Source: Octopus vulgaris (lineage: Eukaryota). Taken from it: a stretch of 124,000 nucleotides of DNA. Under the pieces are notes generated by a model. That model did no database searches. It had not been told where the DNA came from and saw only the letters and a list, made by a program, of their open reading frames with translations. Below, one piece after another: positions 99,048 through 114,397 of the stretch. The number at the start of each line of letters is the position of its first letter. Position 1 is the first letter of the stretch. A program made the translations under genes and the position numbers. The stretch lies in assembly GCA_951406725.2 (NCBI GenBank), contig OX597825.1, positions 15,024,001-15,148,000 of the forward strand, in the 5' to 3' direction.

Positions 99048-99084
99048 ATGTGTGTGTATGTGTGTGTACATATATGTGTATATA

Positions 99085-99131
<47 letters not shown>

Positions 99132-100532
99132 AGTTTATCCAAACAAGAAAACACAACAACGCGAGGACATGGAACACATATAGTATTATTGGACGCTCAG
99201 GAAAGAAGGGAAGAATGAGGGTTTAACGTTTCGAGCGGAGCTCTTTGTCTGACACAGACACACACACCTACACACACATATATATATATATAAGTATATG
99301 TATTTACACTTATATATACATTCAATATTATGTTACATCACGCATTGTGTTCCAACAGAACAAGATCTAATGGACTTCTCTCCATGCAGTGTATCACTTC
99401 CAATCAGTTTCGAGTTCCTACTGCATCCTAAACTGTACAAAGTATTCAAACATGGTAATATAAGGTAAAACTGTATTGTGACATCAAAGGGAAATATTAA
99501 TTATGAGATTTAGTGTTGTAGTAAATGAGCTCAATTATGTTACTTTATTGTTATATATGATAAAATTGTTCATGAATATATTCAGTTAGTTAATTAAACT
99601 GAGATTAATTTTTTTTCGCGAGATCACTTGAAAATATGTGATGGCAAAGGTTCTTTCTTAAAATATTACTGCAGATTTTAACACTGAGAGATGAAAAGAA
99701 ACATTAAACATATGGGATTCGAAAAAAAAAAGTATATTAATTCTCATGTGAAAATGTCGGAACATTTAATTACACTCCTCAGCTATTTGGGTAAAGTCAT
99801 GACTTAATCGTGCTGTAGGTTTCCTGATTTCATTAGGAAAGCATGCTGATAAAGACTCCAGATCAATTTATGCTATTTTTATTGTATTGATATTGCGGGT
99901 TGTGTTTCTTTTAATTTCGTTTTCTACGAATTTCTTTCTGTGAACCAAAAATAAAACAAAATGCAGTGAAATGCTACAAAACGTGGCTTTTAAATCTCAA
100001 ATGCAAGAAATACTTATCACAGGAGATTATTTCCTTTTTGTACCTACATATATATTTTTTTCATTGTAGCTCTATATTGACATCAATCAGTCACCCACCA
100101 GCATATTTCACATGCTTTTCTTTTTACTGAACTTGTACAAAAGTGTATACATAACCTTACATGGAGAACTTTCTTTTCTTCTTGAATGTTGGGGTTTTTA
100201 TCTGAGCTTTTACTTGCACGTCATTATCGCTGCATATGTATTTATCAAAAGCATATATGTGCGTGAATGTGTATAGCGTTGTATATAATAAGAAGTACAT
100301 GTTGTGTCTTATATGGTAAAACTCGCATACTTATACATGCAGAAATTCTCGAATATGAGTGCATATATCCTGATGCGTGCATACCTGTAAATGTAAGCAG
100401 TTGGAAGTAATGCAGATTCGGTTAACAAGTCATGTATAGATTTTGCTGTAAAGGTAAACGTTAGCAACAAAAAAACCTGTTCTAAATCATTCTTTCTCAA
100501 ATGTATTTAGAGTGTTTTTTCTTTATTATAAG

Positions 100533-100691
100533 TCCAAGTACCAAATACATATCTATACGCAACGATACTCATGTATGTTGTCGTCGATGCGTAATCCCCG
100601 GCACTACCTTCACCACATCATGGTTTATAAGAACTGCTAAGAATATCAATAATGGTAAAAGTTTAGCCGAAATGTCAAGTAGAAATGTCAG
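100533..100691 (+). CDS. candidate 159-nt phase 2-2 exon (PSTKYISIRNDTHVCCRRCVIPGTTFTTSW...)
   Basis: Acceptor ttttttctttattataag|, donor CAG|GTAAGC, open symmetric frame; no homology recognised. Confidence 0.25.
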
Positions 100692-102189
100692 GTAAGCGGC
100701 AGTGTAAGGGATCTCTCAGATGGTTATTATGAAGTGATTACAGAGCTGCTGCTATGGTGAGGTATGCGCTGGGTTAATATACAGAAGATTAACATAGCAT
100801 AAATCTTATAGTAATGTTCGTGTATTTTGAAGTGGAGATGTCATATTGAAACTTTGTCGTTCTACAGTGAATCGTAGTTTTCGAAATACACATATAGAAT
100901 AAATAACAGAGGGATGGATACCTCAGCTATGAAAACAAGCTGCTCTACTTCAGCTTTTAATGCATAGAACAACGACAACAGTACCTGAGATACAATAATC
101001 AATTCATTATTAATTATTGATATTTAAAGCAATCTCCTCCTACTAAAACGGTGTATGTCTTATTCTTTGGCCTCTTAGAAGGAAACGGATATTTAATAGC
101101 AAACCTTAAGAGGTTGTATACAGCAGTTTCCGTCTCATATCAAATAATTTAAATAAAAAAGATATTTCATGTAGACGGTGAGTTAAAATCGTTTGTCCCT
101201 TTTCTTTTACACGGAATATAATATAAAATATTTCTTCTTCTATATGAAACTACAAAATTGATTTGATGAACGACGATGAGCCTTACAAAGCAAAGAAAAT
101301 GGATTCAGCAAAATGTTATCACTTTTTCTCGCATCTTTTACACCTGTCATCTTTTTTTTATTGTATTTCATAATGTGATCTAAAAATGCATAAGCAATGA
101401 TGATTCTTATTTTCCAATTGATAAACTAAAGAACCTGCTCAATATAACATATACATTCTAACTTCTTCTCAACAACCCTCCATTAAAATAAAATGGGTGA
101501 TCATCCACCAACAATTGCAACGGATGTAATAAATATGCGTAACATTAATATTCATTACTAACAACAGCCGCATTCAATCGTACAATTGGGAAGGTTCTTA
101601 TAAGCCACTTGTTACTAAATAGATCGGTAAAACCCCGTGTCTCAAATCATACATTTAGATTATAACATCAGTAAAGATCGATGACATTAGCTTTAAAATC
101701 TAGTCATTTAAAATCTAGTCATCTTAACTTTTGCATTTAGCTTTTTCTTAAATATATACAATATCAGAACCAATTAAGAATAGAAGATAACGATAACAAG
101801 AGATATAAAAAGTTCACATGAACTGTCAACATCATTAATGTAAATATGGCCATAGGCTATTTTCTTGACTCCACAAGCCGGTAACCCGCCAGTGTTTTGT
101901 TAACAAAGATATATATTGTTTTAGAATTATGTGGTAGACTCGAAAGAAAACATGTATTTGAATTAGCCATACAAGGCATTAAGTATCGTTGGAAATGTGT
102001 TTATGTAGAATATTTAATACCTATGATAAAATAAGCAATGATATTCATTATTTATAAATTCTCATAACAAATCCGGGGAATTATGCATTTGCTTATACCG
102101 AACCAAATCATTATCGACTATATTATTTTGTTACCCCATTCCACGTAAGGATAAAATTCAAAATTTAACACATCGTGTATTGAAACCAG

Positions 102190-102590
102190 AGCATATAGGT
102201 ATATTTATTACTTTGTTTCCCACAGGGGGATAAACACAGAGAGGACAAACAAGGACAGACAAACGGATTAAGTCGATTATAGAACCAAGAACCCGTTGGC
102301 TTGACACCATCAGGAGTGACACCGGAATGGACATGACCAATCTGAAGGAAGCGGCCCAGTATAGAACTGACTGGAAAACACTGATCCAACGAGTGACCGA
102401 GAGTCGACTTCGACTGACCGGATAGAGAGATATCGACCCCAGTATGTAACTGGTACTTATTTCATCGACCCCTGAAGGATGAAAGGCAAAGTCGACCTCG
102501 ACGGAATTTGAGCTCGGAACGTAACGGCAGAAGAAATAATGCTGAGCATATCGCCCGGCGTGCTAAAGCTTTTGCCAGCTGGGCGCCCCC
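102190..102590 (-). mobile_element. SINE family B interrupted by an RTE 3' end
   Basis: The SINE halves rejoin at aagtcgattat|atcgaccccag. Confidence 0.85.
102281..102430 (+). mobile_element. RTE/BovB-like LINE 3' terminal fragment
   Basis: RWLDTIRSDTGMDMTNLKEAAQYRTDWKTLIQRVTESRLRLTG* resembles the RTE C-terminus RW.D.I....L.E...DR..WR...V..SR.RL. Confidence 0.85.
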
Positions 102591-104130
102591 TGACCATATA
102601 GGTGTATTATATAAAAGTGTGTATACAAATGCAACTACAACTTATATTGTTTGGTGAGTTATGGAATATGTCATCGATTGCACAGTAAAACCAACCATTT
102701 GGTTTTTTATACCAACATTATCGTTGTCATTTTCTCATTATATTTTCTTTGTTGTGTGAATGTGTGTATATGCATTTACTGGAGTTGACGGCGTGGTAGG
102801 AATAAAAAAATCGTTTTATAGAAATATTTTTCTCTTGCCTTGATCTTATACTAATGGCCAAAATTTTCTGAGTCACAAGGCAGTATTAAAATCTATGATG
102901 ATGCCATTCATTGTTCTTTGATTGAGATAAAATGAAAATTTGGTTGATATTGTTTATGTGGAAAGTTGCCAACAACAACTAGTATTCTCTTGATGCCAGC
103001 AGTTTAGATCTCTTTAAGAGTGCAATATCGCATGCCTTAAATATATGCATTATTAACAATAACTGCAAAATATATACAGCAAATTATCGCGTTGCGTGAC
103101 AAATTCACAGATTGCTATATTATAAACGGAATTAATATTTGTGTGATTGTACAAGTTTATGTGTGTGTACATATATGCATGTGTGTATGTATATCTACCA
103201 GTATGTATGTATGTATTTATGTATGTATGTATGTATGTATGTATATGTGTATGTACGTATGTATGTATTTATACAGTGATGTGTAATTGTCTAGATATAT
103301 TGATCAATACGTAGATAGACAAATGCGTAGATATAAACTTGTGTAAGGTGATATTATGATTTCCCATTAGGAAGGGATATAAAATACACGGGAAAATAAT
103401 GGTGAAATGAAAAAAAAAGAATAATAATGTTTTCTTTATTAACTTCGAGGTGGTCCCGGTAGTGCCCGCGGATTTCTGGAAACTATTATTAGCTCCAGCA
103501 CGAAAACCTTCCGGAATGTACCACCCAGTTGGTTTTCCCCGACGTACAGCATTGCTCAGAACAATCTAATGGATTTTCCCACCACTAACACTCTATACAG
103601 CGCCATTTTGGGACCTCAGTCAAAAGTATTGAAAGGCTATCAGCACTTGACACAATATCTGAATAGTATTCAGTTGACACAAAACTATTGACTATAAGAA
103701 GTATTTGAAGAAGATTTAGTATAATTTCTTCATAATTTCGCTAAGCAGAATGGCAAAACCTGACTGAGGATATTTACAATCAAAATAATTCCATACATGA
103801 ATGAATCCTTTTTTTTTTAATCAAAAGTAATTACCTTTTGGGGAACGATAGGATATGAAATGGCTTCTATTCATAGAATTCGTTTCAAGGTATGGATAAC
103901 TCAGTCTCATCACTGTCGCCCCATTTTCGGTTAAGTTGTTGCTTTCCTTACTCGCAAATGTGGTTAAATGCATGACAAAATAACTGTGCCATTTAGTTCT
104001 GCGTCTTAACATTTTGTGCTCAGTACGGTTTAGAGTCAACTTAGAATGGTGGCATACTAAACCTCACGGCGTTATACTAAAACTGAACCATTGTACCTCC
104101 AGCAATAAATATAGGTTATTTCGACATTAC

Positions 104131-104725
104131 TTATTACCTCCGCCTTTACTAAGACGAGAAGTGTTCTTTTCAGTCGTGTTTGTTTGTTTGACCGTGGGCA
104201 AGATATCTCAAAAACCGCTAGATGGATTCGGATGAGACTTTCAGAGATGTATGGCATCGTGGCTAGCGCGAAGTGCTACATTTTGGGATCGATCCGGCCC
104301 AGACAAAGATAATGGATTATTTGTTATATTTATTTTACTTAAAATGATTACGATCTTACATTAACTTTCGAGTCTTTCTCAATCATCTCCCTATAGGCTG
104401 TAACTATTTTAAATGGAGAATTTGGTAACTTTGGCTCATATCAATTAAGGATAAAATATTTATTATTACTAAATTTTCGGCTGCCACCTTCAAATTTCAT
104501 GACTACCATTAGGGTCGATTACGCACCGGACAAGGATTCTGGATTATTTCCAAGGGTTTTTTTAATTAATTTTTGAGAGCGGTCGGGTTCATGTTTAGTA
104601 TTCTTGTTTGTAAGAGCAGTCGAGGTCATTTCAGATATTCTAATTTTAAAAATCATCTCTGGCTAACCGTTGAGAGGACGTTGTTGTTACTTTGACGGAG
104701 GTTTGCACTCTGAGTGCGTTTGTTA
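104131..104725 (+). mobile_element. Helentron-associated non-autonomous element (HINE/DINE-1-like)
   Basis: ttattacctccgcc sub-TIR, gtttgtttgtttg microsatellite, 3' g.cggaggt plus stem-loop gcactctgagtgc. Confidence 0.8.
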
Positions 104726-104896
104726 TATATTGTATTTGTCAAGAAGGTGCATTTGCAACCACGTCGTTTCGTATGCAGTCGTAGTGCGCGATACCATGGG
104801 CAAACGTATTCTACCATTAGTCACGGGACAATCATTGACCTGTAGATGAATTAATGGAGGAAAAGTCTGTCGATTCCCACCGTATTTATATATGTA

Positions 104897-104936
<40 letters not shown>

Positions 104937-105091
104937 TTATATATATATATATATGTATGTATATATATATATATATATGTAAGTATATATATATATGTAT
105001 GTATGTATATATATATATGTATGTATGTATGCATTTATATATATATATATACATATATATGTGTGTATGTATATACATATATATATATGGG

Positions 105092-105157
<66 letters not shown>

Positions 105158-105294
105158 GCGTCTGCGTCTTTCTGTTTGTATTTGACCTTCCATCGCTTGA
105201 CAGTGGATATTGAATTATTTACGACACTTGATAGCGGTTGCCCAGCATAAGGGATTGAGAGAAAATTTGCAACATTTGAAAATAGTAATAATAA

Positions 105295-105470
<176 letters not shown>

Positions 105471-106023
105471 AGGGTCGATTTGTTCCACTAAACCCACACC
105501 GTGCTGCAGCATGACAGCAGCCTATGAAGGAAACATGTAAAAACTAAAATGTCAACTAATTTAATTATTTTGGAGCTGATTAAACTTGAATTAGCTCTGA
105601 GGAGCATACTTGCGGACAGACGTTTTTTCTTTGTGATCATTTTGCCGTAATTAAAGTATCTCGGAAGAATATTTAATCAAGTATATCCTATTAGACGTAT
105701 GATTCGGAGGAAATATAGCTGCCTACTTTTGATAATTTTTAGTGTATGTCTACTTAAACGAACTACTAGTAATGTTGCTGCATCTTTAAGTATTCCATTA
105801 ATCCTATTAACATTTAATAATTAGTAAGAAAGTGGAGCTTAGAAGGAAAACTGGTGTTGTCCCCGCAAACTACTACCTGCATACAATTTCATTACACGGT
105901 TGAAAAACTAAAAAATATTTCCAAGTGTTGAACGTACTAAATGACTAACCTGCACGAAAAAAATATGCTTCGCCGTTGCCACAAAGTACGGAAGTATCAA
106001 TTACTATTACAGCTATTTCTACT

Positions 106024-106405
106024 TGGAAGCACTCCGTCGGTTACGACGATGAGGGTTCCGGTTGATCCGAATCAACGGAACAGCCTGCTCGTGAAATTAA
106101 CGTGTAAGTGGCTGAGCACTCCACAGACACGTGCACCCTTTAGTTCTCGGGGATATTCAGCGTGACACAGAGAGTGACAAGGCCGGCCCCTTGAAATACA
106201 GGTACAACAGAAACAGGAAGTAAGAGTGAGAGAAAGTTGTGGTGAAAGAGTACAGCAGGGATCACCACCATCCCCTGCCGGAGCCTGGTGGAGCTTTTAG
106301 GTGTTTTCGCTCAATAAACACTCACAACGCCCGGTCTGGAAATCGAAACTGCGATCCTATGACCGCGAGTCCGCTGCCCTAACCACTGGGCCATTGCGCC
106401 TCCAC
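106024..106405 (-). mobile_element. SINE family D (D1), full length
   Basis: 12-bp TSD gctatttctact. Confidence 0.95.
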
Positions 106406-106454
106406 GCTATTTCTACTACACTTATTACAACTATCTATTACTATTACTTCTATT

Positions 106455-106890
106455 AATATTGGAACACATAATAATAGACCGGACATAATGGTGATGGACA
106501 AGATGCACCACACATGTTATATAGTTGATGTTGCATCAACTATAGTCAAGACGGAAGGCGAAAGGACAGATAAATACAACGCTCTTATGTACGAAATAGC
106601 CCGGTTATGGAAAATGAAGACGGTGAAAATAGTGTCAATTATTGTTAAGTCCTTGTGAACAGTATCGAAAGGCATCGAGCGGAATATAAAGGAAATCGGA
106701 AAAGAGTGTCCAGTAGAATGTTACAAAAGGTTTACCTCCTTGGCATTCCCAGAATAATCAGGAAAGTAGAAGATAGCTGGAAAAAAAAACGATTAGCACG
106801 GCGACGTACGCTGCATGTAGTAAACCCGCTACGCATGCAAGACTCCAGGTGATACAACAAAACACGTGATAAAGAGAAATAATAAAAATA
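106455..106890 (+). mobile_element. RLE-encoding non-LTR retrotransposon 3' end (R4/Dong-like)
   Basis: HNRPDIMVMDK...IVDVA (PD-(D/E)xK), KYNAL..EIARLW, LLQKV.LLG..RIIRKV; ends in aataataa. Confidence 0.8.
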
Positions 106891-107262
106891 ACAAGAGCAC
106901 TCAGAGAGCACAAATGTCTGCCAATGCGACATCATCGTCCTCTCAACGATTAGCCAGAGATTATTTTTAAAATGAGATTATTTGAAATGACCTCGACTGC
107001 TCTTACAAACAAGAATACTAAACATGAACCCGACCGCTCTCAAAAATTAATTAAAAAACCCTTGGAAATAATCCAGAATCCTTGGCCGGTACTGGATCGA
107101 TCCCAAAGTCTAATCAGTTCGTATCAGTCACGATGCCAAACATCCCTGAAACTTTCATCTGAATTCATCGAAGAGATCTTGAGATATCTTATCCACAGAC
107201 AAACAAACGAAGAAACACGATTAAAAACAATACCTTCACCTTCACTAAGGCGGAGGTAATAA
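106885..107262 (-). mobile_element. HINE-like element, second internally deleted copy
   Basis: Reverse complement of the 104.1-kb element ends, with a shared ~180-bp 3' block. Confidence 0.8.
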
Positions 107263-107272
107263 TGATGAAAAA

Positions 107273-107334
<62 letters not shown>

Positions 107335-107336
107335 AT

Positions 107337-107421
<85 letters not shown>

Positions 107422-107636
107422 TTTGATCTTTGCATTAGCAATAGTTTGTACGCTATAAATTTTCGCTTACGATAATCGACAAAAAAATAGTATCTGCTCA
107501 AAATATCTGTTTCGGCGCTTTCATTACGCAGGGTGTTACCGCTGAAAGTCATTTAAAGCGCCAAGGAGTCTATTGTATATTTGCATGTGCTGATCCGGTA
107601 ATAGTTTAGCTGTTGCAAGATTGGAACTAATGTGCT

Positions 107637-107686
<50 letters not shown>

Positions 107687-108152
107687 CTCATATAGACATA
107701 ATACATGTGTGTGTGTATCAGCAGCTGGTATTCAATTTGTAGTTTGTTCAGTTTAAAAAAAAATGTTAAAATTACCAATTATTTTCAAATGCGTCAATCG
107801 TTTTTTAATCGTGAACTCAACTCTATCCAATACTAATGACAGAAAATGCAACAAATCGTATTATGATAACGGCTTTAATGTAAGAAATAGTGGAAATTAT
107901 TGATATTAATGATTTATGCCATTATTTACATTAGTCTTGATATTTGTTTCTGCTTTATTGAGGTTGGGAATATTTTCCAGAAGATTGTTTAGAACGATGA
108001 CATAAAATAAATATGATTCTATTGATTTTCTTTGCTTGTTACTTTACAAAAAAAATCGCATTTATTTATAACAGAAAAGAACATTTTATCGCTTTATCTT
108101 TCTCTGATTTCCTTCCACACATACACACATACACACACACACATACACACAG

Positions 108153-108183
<31 letters not shown>

Positions 108184-108344
108184 AAGACACACACACAAAG
108201 ACACACACACACGCACATACACACAAGAACACATGAACATACACACACACATATATATATATATATACATTTATATATAGAAATATATGTAGGCATGTAT
108301 GTATGCATGCATGCATCCGCATATGTGTATATATATATATATAC

Positions 108345-108456
<112 letters not shown>

Positions 108457-110342
108457 ATATGTATATGTGTGTGTGTGTGTGTGTGTATATATGTATATAT
108501 TATGAGAGAGAGAGAGATGTTATTTTCAATTACCATAAATGTATTGAACAATTCTCATAACCCAATTTGCTAATGTATAGATTTTACATCAGATTATTTA
108601 TTGTTGCCCAAATGTATCTCATTATTTGAAACATTCAAATTCCCCATTTAAACTCAGGGCCAACAGAAATATATGGGCATTTATATCTGAAAGGTTAAAG
108701 TGGTAACAACATGCAAGTAGAAAAAAAAAATCGTTTCCAATTTATTGCTTCTAAATTATGAATGAATCTGTGTTGTTCAGGAAAGATAGCTGCTCAGATA
108801 CTGCTAAGTGATTGTTTGTTCTGGGTTGTTTTTGTTTTTTTCATTTTGAATTAAGTACAAGAATTGGATTTATATAAGTTTTTTCTGATTAGAATAAGAT
108901 ATTTGTCTATTTCCATTCATTCTGTTGTTGTTGTTGAGGTTGTTGTTCTTGTTTCAGTTGTCAATACTGATGTCTCTGTTAATTGAAATAGTATGAAATA
109001 GCATATTTCCTTACAAGAAGGATGCCTTAACGATTTAACGATTGAAAGTATTTTCATCGTTTAAAGGCGACAAAATTCCCTTAAATTGATTTCATATTTT
109101 ACACTGTAAAACTAATTGTTTTCTGTAAATTAAAATGATTTTTTAGATGTGTTTCTTTTTCGTACCTTTCTACTATTCTCTGATAGTTATTCAAACAGGT
109201 TAGTGTGTATTGGCATAAGTTAACACGAACACTATGCTAGGTTCCAAGGAAGTATTTCATATTCATATAAAATACTTCTAATTGAAGGAAGTATTTCATA
109301 TTCATATACCACTGAATTTCTGTAATGACATCATCTTAAGGAATGTACAGTATAAAACCCAATACGAAGTGCTACATAACCAATGAATATATACAAACTA
109401 GTTCCACGTGCATTAAATACTTTAATGACTTAGGGATAAGATGAATTGCTGATAATTTAGTACAACCACTCAAATTGGTATTCATGTTCGATAATTTATA
109501 ATCCAGTAGTTTACGTCTATCGGTATGTTTTAGAAGAATATGCCGACTAAACTGTAGAATCGACATAGCAATCTGGTTTATTTTACCATTTGAATATCAC
109601 TGAATGCTTAACAGTGTCCAAGAACATGACATAACTTTTAATAACCCAATCTACATTGATGTGAGGAGATGCCTGTTTGTAGTGGAACGTGTTAATTATT
109701 TATTTCACTTATAGTACTAAACATAACTTCTCCTATAGCTATATCGCGTGAGAGAATATCATTTAAGGACACATTGCTCTATCGACAGATTAATACTTCG
109801 CAACTAGTCATTGGTGATTCGAGAAAGATAAGCATTAATGTTGAGCATTTGAAACATTATTCCATGTACAATAACTTATCTGCTTATAATCATTTCTAAA
109901 ATTAAATGAGAAATTTAACGCCCATCCACTTATTTCGTGTAAACTGGCGCCTAGAAACAAGTTATATAATTTCATCATAGACAGTCTAAACGATATTCAT
110001 ATTTCCAAAGGTTTCTTATGGGAGACGTTGGATAGAATTAAGGTCCCTTTGTATAAATGATCATATTTTCTATTTGAAATCAGATCCAATAGCTAACGAT
110101 TGCTGCTAGTAATTTGTGTATTTTCTGAGACTAATAGGCGAGGTTTAAATGTTCAATAATTGTTTCTGGAGTTCATTGAATGCAGTAACTCATACTTGAT
110201 ATGCCTCGGAATAAATACTGAAAAATATTTCTCGTTTCTAACGGCTATGATTCCCCATCGTCCCTGAAGAGCATTGAGAAGAAGACTGTTAAATTCTACT
110301 AATTTTAATTATCTGGATACATGCTTACATAAATGTGATGCG

Positions 110343-110525
110343 CGGGCGTGTCTGTGTGGTAAGACGCTTGCTTCAAAACCACATGGTTCCGGGTTCAGTT
110401 CCACTGTATGACAACCTGGGCAAGTGTATTCTACTATAACCTCGAGCCGACCAAATCCTTATGGGTGGATTTAGTAGAAGGAAGCTGAAAGAGGCCCATC
110501 GTATATATATATGTATGTGCGTGTT

Positions 110526-110563
<38 letters not shown>

Positions 110564-110790
110564 TGTGTATCTGTGTGTGTTTGTTTCTTTGTGTCTGTGT
110601 TTGTCCTCCATCATCGCTTGACAACCGATGTTGGTGTGCTTAAGTCCCCGAAACTTAGCGACTCGGCAAAAAGGACCGATCGAATAAGTGCTAGGCGTGC
110701 AAAGAAAAAGTCCTGGTGTCGATTTCTTCGACTAAATGCTGTGCTCCAGCATGGTCACAGTTACATGACTGAAACGCGTAAAAGAGTATG
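110343..110790 (+). mobile_element. SINE family C, diverged
   Basis: gtgtggtaagacgcttgc...catgactgaaacgcgtaaaagag. Confidence 0.85.
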
Positions 110791-111558
110791 AATATAAATA
110801 TGCTACAAATAGATACATGCTGACTATAAAAGATTCGAGATTTATAAAACACGAAGGCATTCTGAATTCAAATTTTACGACAATTATGTGAAATCTCGTT
110901 TCAAATGACTAAAAGTGTGAATGGTATTTGGATGTGCAATATCGTGCGTCTATTAATGTTTTCAAGACATTCGTAATGAAATTTCTGTCAGGCTCAGTGA
111001 AATTTAACAAAATGTACTTCTTAATGCCTCACCGTCCCAAAACGAAAATGATTTTAATAAAGAAACAAAGACCAAATTTTAATTCTCATCCCTAAGCGTT
111101 AACTTGTTCTTTGTGAGTGGATACGATGACAAAATGTTTTTTTTGTTGTTGTTTGTTTTATTGGAACTCATCAGAAAAATGCCATCAATGCGAAATCGTA
111201 TAATGTTTTCAAATACAGAAAAAAAATGTTACTAAAAATTTTACTGAAATCTAATTAACACAATGAAAACAAAATTGAGCTGAAGGAGATACATCGAATT
111301 AAAAGCATGGATTGATATTGATCATTTATGCAAGCATTCATCCGTACGCCTCATTCGTAGTGAAGTTGATTCGTATTACTCTCAGATGGTGGAAGAGAAC
111401 GAAAGTCAGCATCTTTCCCTAACGATTTACAAAAAAGGAACTCGATGTGAATTATGTGATAATTTGATGAACAAATGTGTTTGTCGTGCTTATCCAAAGA
111501 TAGGATATTTATAGCAAGAATCGTTGGTAATTGCACAGGATATTTATTTTAATACATT

Positions 111559-111946
111559 GTGTGGAAGCACTCCGTCGGTTACGACGATGAGGGTTCCGGT
111601 TGATCCGAATCAACGGAACAGCCTGCTCGTGAAATTAACGTGTAAGTGGCTGAGCACTCCACAGACACGTGCACCCTTAACGTAGTTCTCGGGGATATTC
111701 AGCGTGACACAGAGAGTGACAAGGCCGGCCCCTTGAAATACAGGTACAACAGAAACAGGAAGTAAGAGTGAGAGAAAGTTGTGGTGAAAGAGTACAGCAG
111801 GGATCACCACCATCCCCTGCCGGAGCCTCGTGGAGCTTTTAGGTGTTTCGCTCAATAAACACTCAGAACGCCCGGTCTGGGAATCGAAACCGCGATCCTA
111901 TGACCGCGAGTCCGCTGCCCTAACCACTGGGCCATTGCGCCTCCAC
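111559..111946 (-). mobile_element. SINE family D (D1), full length
   Basis: 11-bp TSD tttaatacatt. Confidence 0.95.
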
Positions 111947-113456
111947 TTTAATACATTATTACTTATATGAAATTAACAGCCTATTTACGTCGGAATCGCT
112001 TACAAATTTCGGCAGCTTAATCATTTTAATTCCTACAATACGAGAAATAATTCAATCCATTTCGATATTTTATGCGTATAACTTAGCTGATCTCTGCGTG
112101 CCAAATTAATCTGAATGGACGCTATTTGTATTATGTTATAATTACCTCAAATTCATTACAGCAAAACACATTCTCTTTATTGATGTATATTTAACCAATC
112201 GAAAAAAGTGATCTTTATGTGGTCGTACGACTGGTAAGCTATTGCAGCTAAATCTTCTCCAAACTTCGCCCGACTAAGATGAAGACCAAGATGGTATATT
112301 GTATCGTAATTGCTGGAATATGTCCTATCATTGATCAAATCGGGCAGCGCCGGCTGTTTACGAAACAACAATGCATAACTTTCTATTGACAAATATCCGT
112401 ATGTATCGATGTAAGTATGTGTTTGTATGAATTTTCGTGTGTATGTATATGTGTATAGGTATGTACGTATGTATGTATTGTTTGGTTTCAAAATAGACAG
112501 TGATTCATCCAATAATTTGCTTAAATAGCTGTAATGTTACAGAAAGCTTGAGAGCCAACAAATTGCCGCTTAAATCTACAGATTATTCAGTTTCCATCCG
112601 GCTTAATAGTTTGCTGAAGCAGAGGGTTGCCTACCAGAGAACGGAGTTGGAACATATCTGCATCTTTTCATGAACCTGTTCCAAAGTAATTGCCTGATGG
112701 TCATGATTGAATGCAAACAATTTTTTAATGTTCCCGCTAACAACATCTTGGTTTTCAGGAAAATACACCATATGATTATCTCCATTAAAATAGCACAAAA
112801 ATATCTCGGCTTCTAGACATCAAACGTAGTTCACCAAAAATCACTTAATACTAGGGTACCTATAAAGGACTGTTTGAACAACGATGAATTTGAGAACGGT
112901 CATAAACCATGTTTAACCAGAGGATTGGGGGCTATTTTTTTCGTGATATGGTTGAACCTTTCTGTTATTTAGATGGGCTTTAATGGATAAATCCCTTCGA
113001 AAACGAGAAGCTTCTTAAAATGGACAATCACCTACTGTTCCCCTTCCTATTCCGAATATGCGTCCACGTTAATCAATGGCAGTAAAGGTATTCTGTAAAT
113101 GGGCATAGAACAATTAGCAATCCTCTTTGTCAGCGTATCTACAATAGACGTGGAAGCAACAAAAGCACTACAGCAACAAAGTGGTATTGATTAAAAGAGA
113201 AATAATCTTAACAGGGAAATCAAAATTGCTGTGGGGCAGATAAAATAAGGGATAAACAAAATGGAGTTGGTGTAGCATCTGAGGTATTTCAGTAAGGTGG
113301 GTGTATTTCGTAGATTTTTTTTTAATACTACGTTTACTAACGTGATCTTTCTGTATTGAATAATCTTCGTTGAGATTTGAAATCATTTCGCTGCTACTTT
113401 TTATAGCTCGAGTGAAAACGTAAACGTTTTATCAAGTTCTGGTCACTAGTGTGTGA

Positions 113457-113502
<46 letters not shown>

Positions 113503-114397
113503 GAGAGTATGACAAACCCGCCGCCATATGAGTTTGAACAATATTTCAAAATTAATGAACCCATAGATTGTTTTTATTATAACGATTTAAAATATCTTCA
113601 ACCAAACTCACAAAACATGATATATTGCATATGTTTGTCGTTCTCAACAACAGTTGAGACAAGTTTATGATTATTTTCAGATGTGTGTTTTACATAGATA
113701 TTTATTAATGAGTCTAAATCTCATCTTTGTTGATGATAAATCTGTATTTCCAATCGTTGGTCTTATGCCAAGTGAAACGGAATCTATATTTCCTAACATC
113801 GAATTGAAATGTTCTTCCAACTAGAATAGAAAATGCGAGGTGGCGTTAAATTTCATTTGAATATGTTTGAAGATTTGTTGAAGCCCTTTACACAAATATT
113901 GGAAATATTGACGAAGTATAACATTTAAAACTGAAACATTAGCAAATATTGATAATATTTGATAACTATGCAGAGTTAAGTACAACATACTGTCAGCTAT
114001 GGAGTTACTGAACTATATTTGATCAACTGCCCGAATAATAATAATGATAATAATACTAATAGTAATAGCAAGAAGAAGAAAGAACAACAATGATAATATC
114101 AATATTAAGAAGGAAGAGGAGGAGGAGGAGGAGAAAGAACGAGAACGATAATATCAATTTCAATAATGATGATAATGATGATAAGAAGAAGAAGAAGAGA
114201 AAGAAGAAGAAGTAGAAGAAGGACAAGAAGAAAAAATAACAACAATGATAATATCAATATTATTATTAACGATGATGATGATGATGATAATAATAATAAT
114301 AAGAATAATAATAAGAAGAAGAAGAAGAAGAAGAAGAAGAACAACAACAACAACAGCAACAATAACAACAACAACAACAGCAACAACAATAATAATA

